Source of the DNA: Parasitella parasitica NRRL 2501
Taxonomy: Eukaryota; Fungi; Mucoromycota
NCBI GenBank assembly: GCA_025201805.1
Contig: MU619297.1
Coordinates: 57,724-121,723 of the forward strand
Direction: 5' to 3'
DNA length: 64,000 bases
The notes under the pieces are model-generated. The model had not been told where the DNA came from. It saw nothing but the letters and a program-made list of their open reading frames with translations, and made no database searches. The position numbers were made by a program, and so were the translations under genes. Shown one piece after another: positions 21,701-34,631 of the stretch (position 1 is the stretch's first letter; every line of letters starts with the position of its first letter).

Positions 21701-24432
21701 TTTGGATCTCTTCAAAGTTGGCTTCCAGGATGTCGCGAGGAATATCGGCGCCATCATCAATGCCACGGTTGTTTTTGATGAAATCTTCCAGTGTCATCCT
21801 GCGCTTGACATGAGGGCTATGGAGATCAGTGTTCAGCATGATGACAGAGTAAGCGAGGACATAGGCCGTTTCTATCAACGATAATGAGTGCTCTGTTGGC
21901 TGTTCAAGTCTTTTGCAATCTTACCGGCATTAGCAAAAACTCCAGGATTGCCATGAACGTATCTCTCTGCGAATTTGAGCATGTAGCGATCAATTTTCTG
22001 CCCCTCGCCAGGTAAACGGAACGCTTGGAGGAAGAATCGCAAAGCTTCGGTAAACTTCATACCGGTAAAGTCCATTTCGTCGACAAATACGTGCATAATG
22101 GCAATGTTTTCAGGGTCGCTAAAATAGACAGGGGAAAATTGTTAAAGTGAGAACACTCGACAAACATTTGACATTCTTCTTACCCTTCACCCAGATATTC
22201 ACCAATTTGCGTCTTGTTCAGGCCTTCTGTGGTCAGTAAGAATGTGGCTATACTGTGGTGGTCCTTCAAGTCCAAGAAACCGTTGCTTGACAGCATTGCG
22301 AGGCCCTTTTTCGGCTTCCAATTGAACTGGCGAACACCCTCCTGAAGCAACTGCTTTCTATGCTTTAGATTCTCAAAAGCTTCTGGGTCATCTAGTCGAG
22401 AACTGCTGCCAGTATTGAGAGCAGTAGACGAACCATTGGCTGCAGGCGAAGCAAGACGGGTGCTGGAGGCGCTGGCGTCATTTGTGATGGAGTGATCTTC
22501 ACTGGCACGGGGTGTGTCGTCGTCTTTTTTAGTGTTCTGGCCAGCAGTGATACTTACGGAATTATTAGAGTACCAGCCTACGAGGGAGCGCAGCACAGCT
22601 ACCAGACATTCAAGTGATTTAAAGCGGATAGCTGATTCAGGCATAGCGTTTTGAGCATTCTGCTTGTCGCTGTTTAGTATGGTTGCAGTTGTCAGCGGCG
22701 GGGGGATGACAACAGAGGGGTGAGCATGGACGCCAGCATGAGCACTGGAGATAGGGTCTGGATGGTTGTCGTAATCTTTGCCATTGGCAGGATGGTTGTG
22801 GGCGGTAGTGATTTTGGACAGCACATTGACCAAGCGTTCGTAAATGTTGTCCAAGGCTTCACGATCACAGTCGTAATTCAAGTATATATCTACCAGCGTC
22901 TGAGGGTCTTCACAGATCCTCAGGACGCCTTTCAAAAGAGAAAACTTTTGCTGGTTCGAGGCATTCCGCATTTCCAATATACGCAATACGATTTCCTTCA
23001 AGAAAATTTCGATTTCATTCTTGAGATAGATGCGGAGGCCTTGTACAACTCGCCACAAGATTTCGTGAGTGATGTCAAAGACCTGAGGTACTACAGAAAA
23101 GGCGTTTCGACCCAAACTAGGACATAGGTATTGCTTGACTTCCAAGATGAAAGGATTCGTTCTGTGGCCGCTGGGATCATGGACAGCAGCAGAAAAATAA
23201 ACGTCCTCAGAGATAAAGACATCCATATGAGACATCATGATGGTGAGGATCAAATGCAACGACAGCAGCTTGGAACGCATAGAATACGACCTCATATCAT
23301 TGCCCCTAGGTTACCATTTTTATAAGCACGCACGCACTCAACTATAACCAGACATTCAAATGCAATATGTACGCTTACCACTCGGATTGAATAGACTTTT
23401 TAGAAAGCTTGCAAAGGGCTCTAAATACCAAGATGGCGTCCTTGATATAAAGATCAGCCTCTGTCTCTGACTCGCCATTTTGAATACGTTCGTTTTCAAA
23501 TGATCCTTTTCCTTCTGACGCCCCACTAAAATTCACTTGGTTAATACAGTTTGCAGCACAGCCTGTACAAAAATGGGCTCTCTTACGTAGTCTCGTAGTT
23601 AGGAACAGCTGTTAGGTCGTCGTTGTTGGCTGCTGACGAGGATTTTGCATTATCTTCCTCTCTAAACACATTGGCCGTGTCGTTCAGAAAATCTTCATAG
23701 TTGTCTTTGGATTTTCCGCTGGGCAACCTATGGTGCATCTCGGTACGAGCCATGTTTGCTTCTACAATGATCTGTTGCTGATAAGCGGCTGAATCCTCGT
23801 CTGTTTCATGAGGGGCGTTTGTAGCCGTGGGGGCATTATTTTCCTCTGGCTCTCCGTTGGTCTGTGCCTGTTTGTCCCCCCTCTCCTCTTCTGATGTTGG
23901 CTGGGACAACTCGTGTTCCTTTGTGATAGAATCCGTCTCTTTCTTTGGCGCTGGCTGCACATTGGGATTCGATTTGACTCTTCTAAAGATGTGATCCACC
24001 ATTTGAGTCATGGTGATTTGAGCCACATTTTGATTATTGACGTTTCGGGACAGCAGAAATATGTTGTAGGTTGTTCGAACTGCTTTCAACAGAGCCGACA
24101 AATGAAGCGGATTGCTGGTCGAGTAAACTGCGTCTAAAAGAGCCTTGATAATTTGTAACTGGACCTTTACATCGGTCTCTTCACCAATAAAACAATCACA
24201 TATCCCATCGACCACCTTTTCCATCACTTGAGTTTGTGCTACCTCGTCTTCCATATCAGCTACATAGTTGTAAGTGATGAATTTGCCAAGACAATCAAGG
24301 GCTATTGTCATCAAATTCGCTGAGCGTGTATCAATGGCAGATTGCAGTGCTGCTAGAATGACAGTTGAGCTGTGTATTTGCAACCAAAAAAAAAATAAGT
24401 TTATATGCAGGTTTTCGTTGTGTATAATATTC

Positions 24433-24464
<32 letters not shown>

Positions 24465-24754
24465 NNNNNNNNNNTACCGAGTTTGTCCCTCTGGTGCAGG
24501 TTCATTGTTTTTAAGCATTTCTAACAAGAGCAGGGTAAATTTTCATGGACGCTTATCCTAGCGTTGGGAAAGAGCTTACTGAGCGCTACATCGACTGATT
24601 CTTTCAAAGCCTTGTTTCTTTTTGTCTCTCTACTCGCTGCTACTTTTTCGAGAGCATTGATTACAAACACATTGCTAGATGCTACCGAAGATGTGCTGGT
24701 TTGCTGAGACATCCTGGGCGAGGATATCTGAGAAGATGTTGCAGTTGTGGCCAT
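18726..24754 (-). CDS. SEC7: Large Arf guanine-nucleotide exchange factor (Sec7/BIG)
   Basis: DCB region, HUS box (YLNYDCD), Sec7 domain [54 protein letters not shown], and HDS domains ([35 protein letters not shown]). Multi-exon; the N-gap 24465-24474 lies in an intron. Confidence 0.96.
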
Positions 24755-25305
24755 TTACTTTTGATTAGAAGTAGAACCTGAGCTTGCCACGTGTTATATC
24801 TGCTATACTATCAGTCTTTTGTTTTCTGTACGTTGAATAGCTTTGTTAGATGGTACCCGAGATTCTTGTACTGGTAGTAAGAATTATTCCCTTTGAGAGG
24901 TTTTTATTCAAAGAAAAAAAAAGAAAAAAAAAAAGAGGATATTATTGTTGTACCGTGGAAGAGAGAGAGAGAGAGATATTTAAACAGTTGTTTGTTGGGA
25001 GTGGATTTTGAAGCTCAAATAATTGAATAATTACAGTTGCACATAGCTTTTTGGTGGTTAAAGTGGCAAAATGTTCCGCATGGCACATGTACAAACGTGC
25101 CTAAGAATCAAGGGATTTCACGCAATAGACAACGCATTTTTTTTTCGTGTCAAATGCTCTAGTGGAAATCGCTCATCCTATATAGCTCCACCACGCCCTA
25201 TTTTATCTGGACAGCCATCCATGACCAGAGTTCGGGTAAAAGTGTAGTCAGAGTGCATGGCTAAACCATTTATTTACTTTTTGTTTTTGTTATTAAATTA
25301 TATGT

Positions 25306-27863
25306 CTAGTCAATAAATCTATCTATTTTCACTCCCAAGGTCCTTAAAAGCTTGTTTTGGTTTGCCACCTTTGGTAAAATCTCTTTTCTGAACCATTTCA
25401 GCTCATCTATGGATTTTTCTTGCTGTGCCAGACGCACAATGCCAAGCAAAGTTTGGCGGGAGATACCAATTTCATCTGTTTGGTCGTTTAGTGTACGTAA
25501 AACATCAAACACAAGAGATATGTCTTGCGAATCTAACAAAGAGCAGATGTAGACATCGATGAATTTCATGTCTAGTTGGTTGTAAGGTGCAGTTGGGAAT
25601 GGGACAACAGGCGCAGATTCCCGAATAGGTACTGGAATCTTGCCTTCGTTCTCAAACCTTAACATGGTATACTTGTTAAATAGTCGGTGAAGACCCTGTT
25701 CATCTTGTTCAATGGCCAATTTCGATAAAACCGCTTCCCAGATGCTTTGGCTGTATTTCACATTTTTCTCGTCCATTTCATCCAGAATTTGGTTGGCATC
25801 TAATCCAGGCATAGTGATAGCTGCTCTGAGTATGGGCAGATAAAAATCAGGTTCGTCTGTGTATGGCCATTTGGCAAGTTCATCGGCATGTGTCTTTTTG
25901 CGGTAGAACGTTTTTGTTGAGCGGCGCATTTCCTTTATGATGTCTTTGGCCTCAAGAGGCATTTGAGCTGTCGCACAACAGTCAAGCATGGCTGTGTATG
26001 TTTCCCAGGTCATGCGATCCTTGGGGATTTCTCTGTTCATTTCGTTCCTAACAACAACAATTGCGCGCTTGGCTTGTATCGGGTTCAACGAGGCAAGGGC
26101 ATAGGTCAGTCTGTACATGCCCACATCTCGGCGGAGGCCATGGACCTTGAGGGACCTCCAGCGAGTGCGTAAAGCCTTATACTGTCCTCCGCTAGCCAAA
26201 CATGTCATCAGAGTAGTAAACGTAAAGCGATCGTGTGGAAGTTTGGCCTCCAGCATGATTTTTTCAATTTCAAATAAGCGAGGATCGAGTTTGAATCGAT
26301 TGTGCGTATAAGGGCGTGCAGATAAAAGCGAATTCAATCTGAAATTGTCGAAATAATAGTGGCCATTGCGGTGAGGCAGACAGGCGCGAAAGAGTGCATG
26401 GAAGGTAGGATGATTCAACGTATTGACTCCAGCTACTTGCATCTTGGAAACCGTTTCCAGTGCTCTGTCAAGTCGGACGTTGCGGTAGTGGCTGTTGTAT
26501 TGCTGTGAGGTTGCATAACCAATCAACATGATGCGATAACTGGCATCGTTTGGCTTAATGTAGTTTGCTGGCATGTATGATTCAAAGATTTCCTCTGCTT
26601 TTTCCATTGGGAATTGAACAGGGTCAATTCTGTTGGCAATAGTTAGATATTCAAGCACAACATTACAGTCCGTAATGTCTACAGGCTCGTCTTTGTTCGT
26701 AAACATGCCTCGAGTCAGACCCTCCCAAGAGGCATGTAGACTGTCCAGTTCAGTTGAATTGGCAGGCTTCAAGCTCAATCCACGGGCCCCTCGTACTTCT
26801 TCTAATCCTTCACACATTTGCTGCAATGCAATTTTATGGGCGATAAGCAGCATGGTTTTGTCGCAAATTTTATAAGGGTGTAAACTGTTGTACATGTCAA
26901 TGTATTTGCTGGTATTTTTAATGTCCCCTTTGAATCCATAGCAACGTATTACTTTCAACAGAGTGCGACGGGAAAGGTTGTTTTGCTTGTGCAGCATGTC
27001 CATTAGTTTTTCGACTTGTTCATGGGAGTTGGTGGCAGCGAACGATAATAAGGCGATGGAATAGAAGGATTTCTCGTCGACTTGGTCGATTTTCTTCTTG
27101 TTGATACAAGCAGAAACAGCATCTTTTTTGTTCATGATGCCGTATGCCTATATAAACCTGTCAGTATTAACGGCAAGACATTTTGCATCAGTTGACATTT
27201 ACTCTCATCAAAAGCTCCCAAGCCGTCTGATCATCCATTGTTGTTAAATCAAAAATTTCTGTAAATCTATCTACGAGAGCGCGCAAATCCTCTGCTCTAT
27301 AAGTGGGCCCAAATTGAAAGCCAAACTTCAACACGCTCTTCCAAATATTGATGTCTTCTAAAACGTCTAAAGGCAAGTTGGAATCGGCTGAATAAAACCA
27401 ATGAGCGACTGTGGCGCACTCTTGAACGTCAAAAGGCAAATCTCTCAGCATGTCGACCAGAGCTAGGTACAATTCGGGTGTAGCTAATCCCTTTTCTTGG
27501 GCATTCTGTACAGCCCTAATAGCACCTTTCAAATTGCCCGTGCTCTTGCAATCCTCCAGGGTATCGAAAAGGGGTTGCTGTATAGCTGATTTGGTAGGTG
27601 CATTGGCAGTGTTTCTTACTTTGATGTCAACCGTTTGCACTCTCTTAGCTGTCTGGATAGAGAAAGCCCTAACTGCTAACCCTAATTGCATAGAGTGGAG
27701 AAATGTGTCAAAAATCTGGTAGTCCACAGCTTGTCGTCTTGAATGTTTTACCTGGTGCTAAGGGAGCTATTCTCTTGAGAGAGTTATTGCTAGCCTGAAT
27801 TACTGGCTTTACATTGACACTCCTTGAAGGCCGAACAAGTACTTTTCCGAGTCTTGGTAACAT
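25306..27863 (-). CDS. Pentatricopeptide-repeat-like mitochondrial protein
   Basis: Basic, Arg-rich N-terminus (MLPRLGKVLVRPSRS) and PPR-like motifs (IKPNDASYRIMLIGY, LPHDRFTFTTLMTCL, ETYTAMLDCC, WEAVLSKL). Two introns join ORFs 27188-27727 and 25306-27135. Confidence 0.8.
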
Positions 27864-28734
27864 GACAGATAAAGTAAGAGGGAAAAGGGTTCTGCATTCA
27901 ATAAAAAACGACCTGGGGTTAATTTCTAGTCGAGTTCATTGAAGTTCCGTACATCTTATGGTAGGGTGACGTATCAATGCACTGGATCGATCCATGAGTG
28001 GTTTGGTTGATAGGATACTCAATTGATGGGCATAACCATGAAGAGGGACTATATTTGACTGGACACTGAATGTCCATCATTTGATATCTATGTATTGCAC
28101 AGCTTTTAAATGTCGTTATGTTGTGTGTACTACAACACTACCAAATCTTATCAGATTAAACAAGGTGTCCCAGCTTCAGAAAGTAGTCCTCTAGTATTGG
28201 GAGCTCACTTGAGCTATTTTTATAGGTTCTCAGCTTACGCTATAACTTTTGCTCTTAATGGAGAGAAGCTAGACCTACTTCTTAGGGCATCTGGGCTCTA
28301 GTACGGTTGAGCCTGTTTGTCTGCTAGTCAACAAACGTATCCTATGGCGGTTTCTAAAGCACAGAACAAGCATCGTAATGCTGTGGAGCAAACTGATGTT
28401 AGATAATACTATGGCTAAACCAGTGCAAAATCCAATTCGAGTCTTCATTCCAAAGAGAAAAGTGGACTCTTCAACTGTCTACACAGTAATTGCACTGTGA
28501 TTGGCAAGCTTTGGAGATAGCAGTTTGCTCAGACTCATCCACTTTCATAAAAATAAATAAGATATAACACCAAGCATGGCAGGCAGCACTCACACACGGT
28601 ACCTATCGTAATTATTGAGAGTCATTAGCATATATGATTGTGGATGTGGTTTCCTTTATGTGGCATCATACGTTTCTTAGGACCCAACCATACTTCTTGA
28701 GGTTCCCCGTATTTATTAAAAAAAAATTATAAAA

Positions 28735-29410
28735 CTGAAAGAGGATCTTACAGAGATGTACCATTTAACATTAAAAAACTTTTCATCGAGCAACAAGATT
28801 GGCAAGCGAGCCATTTTAGCAGTGAGCATAACAATATCAATGTACGAATACTGCATAGGTTCTAAAATACCAAGTTGCTTAGAAAACGGGCAAAAGAAAC
28901 TGTTAACATTTGACCAAAAGAACAAATAATACACAATTAATCTCCAACTAAGCAATTAAGTTAATATTCAAGTAGCAGCGGTTTTTACCAGGTTTTGCTT
29001 ATTCAATCGAGCAATCGAGTATACTGTATAAAAATTGGATCCAGCAGCGAAAACTATCAAGAAATAAAGTAATACAAACGAGTTCAAGAGAATCCGAGAA
29101 ATGTCCTTAATAGGCTTGCTTATGCTGATATGCTTGATTACAAACTTTACAAAGGAGGCATAAACAGTAACATATATTGCCAGTAAGATGATGATGAAGA
29201 AACTGGAATGCCGGTCCTCATTATTGTTGTAAAAATGGATAATGCTCTATACAAATTTAATAGATAAGATATGCTTGTTGCCGTCAGATTTTAGTCTTTC
29301 CTCAAACCTATTGAGGGATGTTTCTCCAAACGGAAAGCCATGGTTAAGATCGAACCTAATTCATTACATTTTTGACAGTATACGTATGAGATATCCCAAG
29401 AAAACTGCAA
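28735..29410 (+). pseudogene. Highly decayed Tc1-family transposase relic
   Basis: Residual motifs RGSYR (~28740), MDNA (~29235), FLKPIEGCFSK (~29300) and ISQENC (~29395). Truncated by the repeat starting at ~29410. Confidence 0.55.
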
Positions 29411-32172
29411 GAAGATTTTAAGTAGGGATTTTCATATTTAGAGAAAAAGAGTGATTGCTTTGTTTTGTTCATAGTGAAAATAAAAAAGAGAATGCGTTGT
29501 AAAATAAGCTATCTTTAAGTTCAAGGTAGTCTTTAAAAAAAGTTACGGTTGTCTATTGACAAAATTCTGTGATTCTGGTTATAAATGCGTCTGTTGACTT
29601 TGTATCAAAAACCTTTAATTGGACTCACGAACGGAGAGCAACGTTGAATATAAACACATTCGTGTCCTTGGGATTTCACAAATATCTATACAGATAAATT
29701 TTTATGAATGAGTGTGTTATCCTGGTAGCAGATTGTTTCATTTTCTCTGGCGTTTTCTTATATTCTCAGTTGATTTGGCGTATTCTAGTGTAGAAGGTCT
29801 TGTCAGACATATGCCAAGCTGGGCTCTCTAAATCAAGTTGCACAGTAGAACAGCTAGTCAAATCTGTGCCGTCTTTTTTATAATATTGGAATGGTTTAAA
29901 AGCGTGTGTCTTTGCAAAGCCATCGCAGGTTTTAGGCGCTTGATTTTTTTTTTTTGGTCTATGCGAACTTCAGTGTGTTATTGTCAGAAAAAAGACAAAA
30001 ATTATAAAAAAACAATGTTTAGCAGCCTCAAACACAAAAAAGAGTAATGCAAAGTAATGCAATAGGCTATAAGGTGCCTTTTGATTACATATTTGCATAG
30101 CTTAGACCAAGTTTTTTTTTGTACTTTTTAAGTTGACACCAGATGGAGGTAACGACTTTTTTGACTTTTTTTCGAAATAGTATTTTTCAAAATCGGAGCG
30201 TGAGATCTTCAGGCCAGGTGGAGACATGCAAGTACTACCATTAGAAAGCCAAGAAGTGCAATATTTACATAAACTAAATTGCTATTGTTTTTCTCTTGAA
30301 TTGGGTAAGCTATGACTTCCTAAAGCTAATGCTTTTGTCAAAAAAACACCATTTTTCTTTCATAGCGGAGATTAAACGCGTCCAAAATCAGAAAGTAAAA
30401 ATTCTTTCAGAAACTCCATTTGTACATTTGGAAAACAAAATTACTTCTTTAAGGCAAGATATCATCTTCTGATACTATGCATTCCCCGGCTGTCAGTCTA
30501 TGATAATAGCTGTATTTTTGGACGCTCTACACGATGGTATTATTTCATAATTCTCGTATGCTTATGGAAGGAATTATGTTGATAAAACCTCAAAACAGAT
30601 CAAGAGGGAAAAGTCAATGTTTTGCTTAATCAGAGCGCATTTCCAGTCTTTCAGATCAAGGAATGGTCTTTTGCGATCATTTTCCTCTAATATATGCTAT
30701 AGTAAAAAGTTGCATTTTTGAGGTCAAAATTGAGGATAATGCATAATCAATGATTTTGGATGTGTGGATACAAGGAAAAAATCGAAAAAATCTGTGATTT
30801 TGCACCGAAAAAAAAATCATACCCAAATTGCACCAAAATCATATATAATATAGTTTTTTACGAGTGGATACTATTTTTCGTGTTTTCAGGGCACTTTTGA
30901 TTATAAAAATTAACCAAAAAATGGCTCACAAAGTTTAAGTTCTTGCTTTTAAGCTGTAAAAATATCTTTTTGGAGGTGATATCACGTCAATATCAATTCT
31001 ACAGTTCTATAAAGTAAGTATTTTTGATGCCACAAGTATACCATTCTTCACGGTAATATGATAAAACAAATGTGAATCAGAAGAGGATAATTCACGAATA
31101 CAATATTTTGCTGTAATGAACCCTTGTTATTTGTGAATAATTCATAAGTTGCTAATTGCTAGTGATAAAGAAGCTCTATTATCATTGTTACTGAAAGTAA
31201 TGCCTAAGGTCAGCTCAAGAGTCCCTTTTTTGTGATTATAATACTGAACGTGTAAAATAGAAAATAGAATAGAGAGTTGAGGTTGAGGGTAATTCTACTA
31301 ACAAAAGTTAAACTTCATAATAATCTTCTGGTAGATTCCAGGTTCCAAGCACTGTACTGTAAAGTATCAAATCCTGAATGGCTATACCAAACACATTTTT
31401 TGTACACCAACCCGTCCGTTATAACGAGTCCCGACTGCATCTTCTTTCTTTGATACTGGATATGCTGACTTAAGTCAATAGATGTATCGATAACATAAGA
31501 TGCTAATGCGAAGTCATAAAAATAGAGATTGCCATTTGCTTGAATATGCTATGATTTTTGAAAAGATATAAAATTAAAAGAGAAAAAAAAAAAAAAAATG
31601 AAATGGTTGGTTTCTTCTCCATACTTCAAATTTTCTTAGGGAAACATTTCTCTTCTCTCAGAAACTTCTCAAGAAATAAAAGGTTTATTATCATGACATT
31701 TATCATTTACTTGAACTTTTTTTTTCACAAACCATAAAAAGACTGTACCTTTGGCTTGCACCCCCAAATCCGCACCAAAAATAATTCTGAAGGATGTCCC
31801 AAAGTTGAAAATTGAAAATTAATTAGAAGATTTAGGGTCAAAACAGAGCAAAATCTGAAAAAATGGTCAGAGGTGCATGAGTTTTAAATATGTTGTAGAA
31901 TGGTACAACAAAAGAAGGTTTAACCTGAAGGTTGTGTCTCCATCGCTTGATAGTTTGTAAAGATGTCAGTGATTGCAAATTATACCTTTGACCCGGGGAA
32001 AGGGTAATATTTTTGATTTGGTAGTATTTATTTCGTTTAAAAATGTAGACATGTAAAAATGGTATTTGAGGCCATATTATACAGTATCTCAGCTATCAAT
32101 TTGTACTGAGATATACACAAATTACCTATTAGAATCATACTTTGCTTCTCAATTGAAAATTGGTGGTGGACT
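29410..32172 (+). repeat. ~2.7 kb non-coding interspersed repeat, copy 1
   Basis: Collinear direct repeat of 48143-50862, with no credible ORF. Confidence 0.93.
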
Positions 32173-32658
32173 CATTTATAGCGACAGAATACCGTAGTCT
32201 TAGAAGGCTGTAAATTCAATATCAGCAGTGAGTCTCCATTTGACTTGAAGCAGATTCGCAAATTTATTATCTTAATTGATAATCGAACGTCAAACAAGTT
32301 CCAATTGTATTCATAGGCTGATTCATGTAGATTTACTCTTAAATAGACAACTTCTTATTAGCAATCAATAAAATTATTAGTGTTGTATTTGGTAAATCTA
32401 CTACTTTATTATCACATACTGTCATCTGCTGTGCTTATTTTGAAGACCTGACACAACAATAGTGGAATAAAAGACGATATTTTTCCAGTAATTATGGTAT
32501 TTGATAAAGATATGTCGAGAATGCATGATATAATCCGGACTTTTCAGAAATCCTTCGTTTTCATTTAGAGCTTGTTGAACAAAGAGCCCTTATTTATAAT
32601 AATCTGATGCAAGTGGTTTTAATTACGCTATGCTCTTGCTTTATTATTTAATGACGAC

Positions 32659-34488
32659 TTAGATATAATTGCATGCACGTTTCCCACCTTCAGCAGCACT
32701 TTCAGTAAAATCAACTTGGTTCTTCTTGAAGTTGCGTTGGACAGAGTTATAATAGCGATCATTCAACAAAACCTCAACACCAGTAGCAGCCAAACATTTG
32801 GAAGCGGTAATAGTATCTTTATGGGCTGTGATAGTTTTTGCTGCTGCAGTAAATTCGATAGTATGGTTTGCAGCTGTGGTATGGATACCATAAAAAGGTT
32901 GAATCGCAGGTATTTCGTAACTAATGTTACCAAAATCAGTAGAGCCACCACCAGCACGGATTTGGTCTTCTTCAGAAGGAAATTCTATGCCATACTTCTC
33001 CATATGATGGGCATAAAAATCAGCAAGTGGTCTGTTTTGGATAACATCCTTGGTGATACCGATTTCACGCCATGTATACTTGACTTTACAACCAGTAGCT
33101 AAAGCAGCAGCTTCAAAGATATTTTCAAGCTTCTTCTGCAAGCGACCAATTTGATTTGCTTTTGTAGTACGAACAAAGAAGAAGGCAGAAGAGTGTTCAG
33201 GTATGACATTAGGCTAAAATGAAATATTTTAGTTATGGAGCACCATTTTTAATTCATAAGACTTACAGCCTGTCCACCATCAGTAACAATGCCGTGAACT
33301 CTGTCGGTAGGCAGGAGCTGTTGGCGCATCATACTAATACCGTTCCAAACTTGAACAAGAGCGTCTAAAGCATTAATCCCAACCCAAGGTGCAGCTATTA
33401 TAACATGATTTAGCCTTCTATCTATTAGATAAAGCATAGCTTTGATAGATTACCAGATGCATGACTAGGTTTGCCAAAGAATTCCACACGGACATCATGA
33501 ATAGCAATGAATGCAGCATATTGGTGATTATAAGCACTATGAAGGTGATTTAACACGAATGTAACTTTGAGCAGACTCCTATTACTTACGCAGGATGCAA
33601 CATCAAACAAACATCGACACTCTTCTGGAAAGCGCCTTTACTAACAAGAACAATCTTGCCAATGGATAATTCTACAAGACTTTTTGTAAATATACCAATA
33701 GACCGCTTTTGTCATTTACGATTACCTTCTGCTGGAGTACCAAAGAGGACAACTTTACCGGAAGCTTTTCCACTCTCCAATGCAGCTTTTATACCAATAG
33801 CAGTAGCAAGACCGCTAATAGCAATGAGGTTATGACCACAACCTTGGCCGAGACTAATGAAATTTTAGATATTAACTCTATTCCTGTATGATTTTAAAAC
33901 TCGTACCCTGGAAGACCATCATATTCTGAGCAGACGCCAATTCGTCTGCCAGCACCACGGCTATACTCAGCGGTGAATGCAGTTTCCATACCATATGCAT
34001 GACGGTTTACGCTGAACCCCTTCTTTTCGAGATATGCAGTAAGAATATTGTGAGCATGAACTTCTTTCATCCCAGTTTCTACATTTTTATGGAGCTATTC
34101 AATACTTTCAATATATTTGAGTGATATGATAATAATAAAAAACAAACTCACGTCCAAACTGATTTCGCGAAGCTCATCACTGATAGAGTTGATCTCTTTA
34201 TTAATAATTGACTCAATTTCGCTGTCGCATTTGACATCAAGCTCTTCCAAAGACTATATAATTCAAAGTTAGTGTATTTGCCACACCAATTTTTGTGATT
34301 TAATCGTTTACTTTTACAATGTCTTCATAAAGTGGTAAATCTTGCATGGGGTCAACAGAGGAGTAAACAAATTTCTCATTTGAATTTTGTTCTGAATATG
34401 ATGGAGCTGAACGAGTAAATCGGGATAAAATGTTGGAAAGGCAGCCTGTCTGCTGCTGTTCGTTTTCTTCAAGTTGAATTCGTCCCAT
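32659..34488 (-). CDS. M20 family amidohydrolase (PM20D2/ACY1L2-like)
   Basis: Exons with CSEYDGLPG, GQGCGHNLIA, GTPAE, FFGKPSHA, APWVGINALDA, GGGSTDFGNISYEIPAIQP and NHTIEFTAAA. Confidence 0.92.
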
Positions 34489-34631
34489 TTTTAATAAATA
34501 GCAGGTGAAACAAAGGAAGATAATACTTTATAAGATAGTAATAATTTATTTAGTGGGAAATTTTTCGATGAAAACGGTGTGTCACAAGAAGATTCATTGA
34601 CCCGAGTGCACGGCGGAAATATACACTTCCA

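Noticed and set aside
19201-23325. Numerous plus-strand ORFs over SEC7
   Set aside because: Antisense shadows of a codon-biased gene; the same applies to ORFs opposite the permease, PPR and SEL1 genes.
23583-24527. Poly-Lys tracts in SEC7 ORF translations
   Set aside because: They come from intronic poly-A/T runs and an N gap, not coding sequence.
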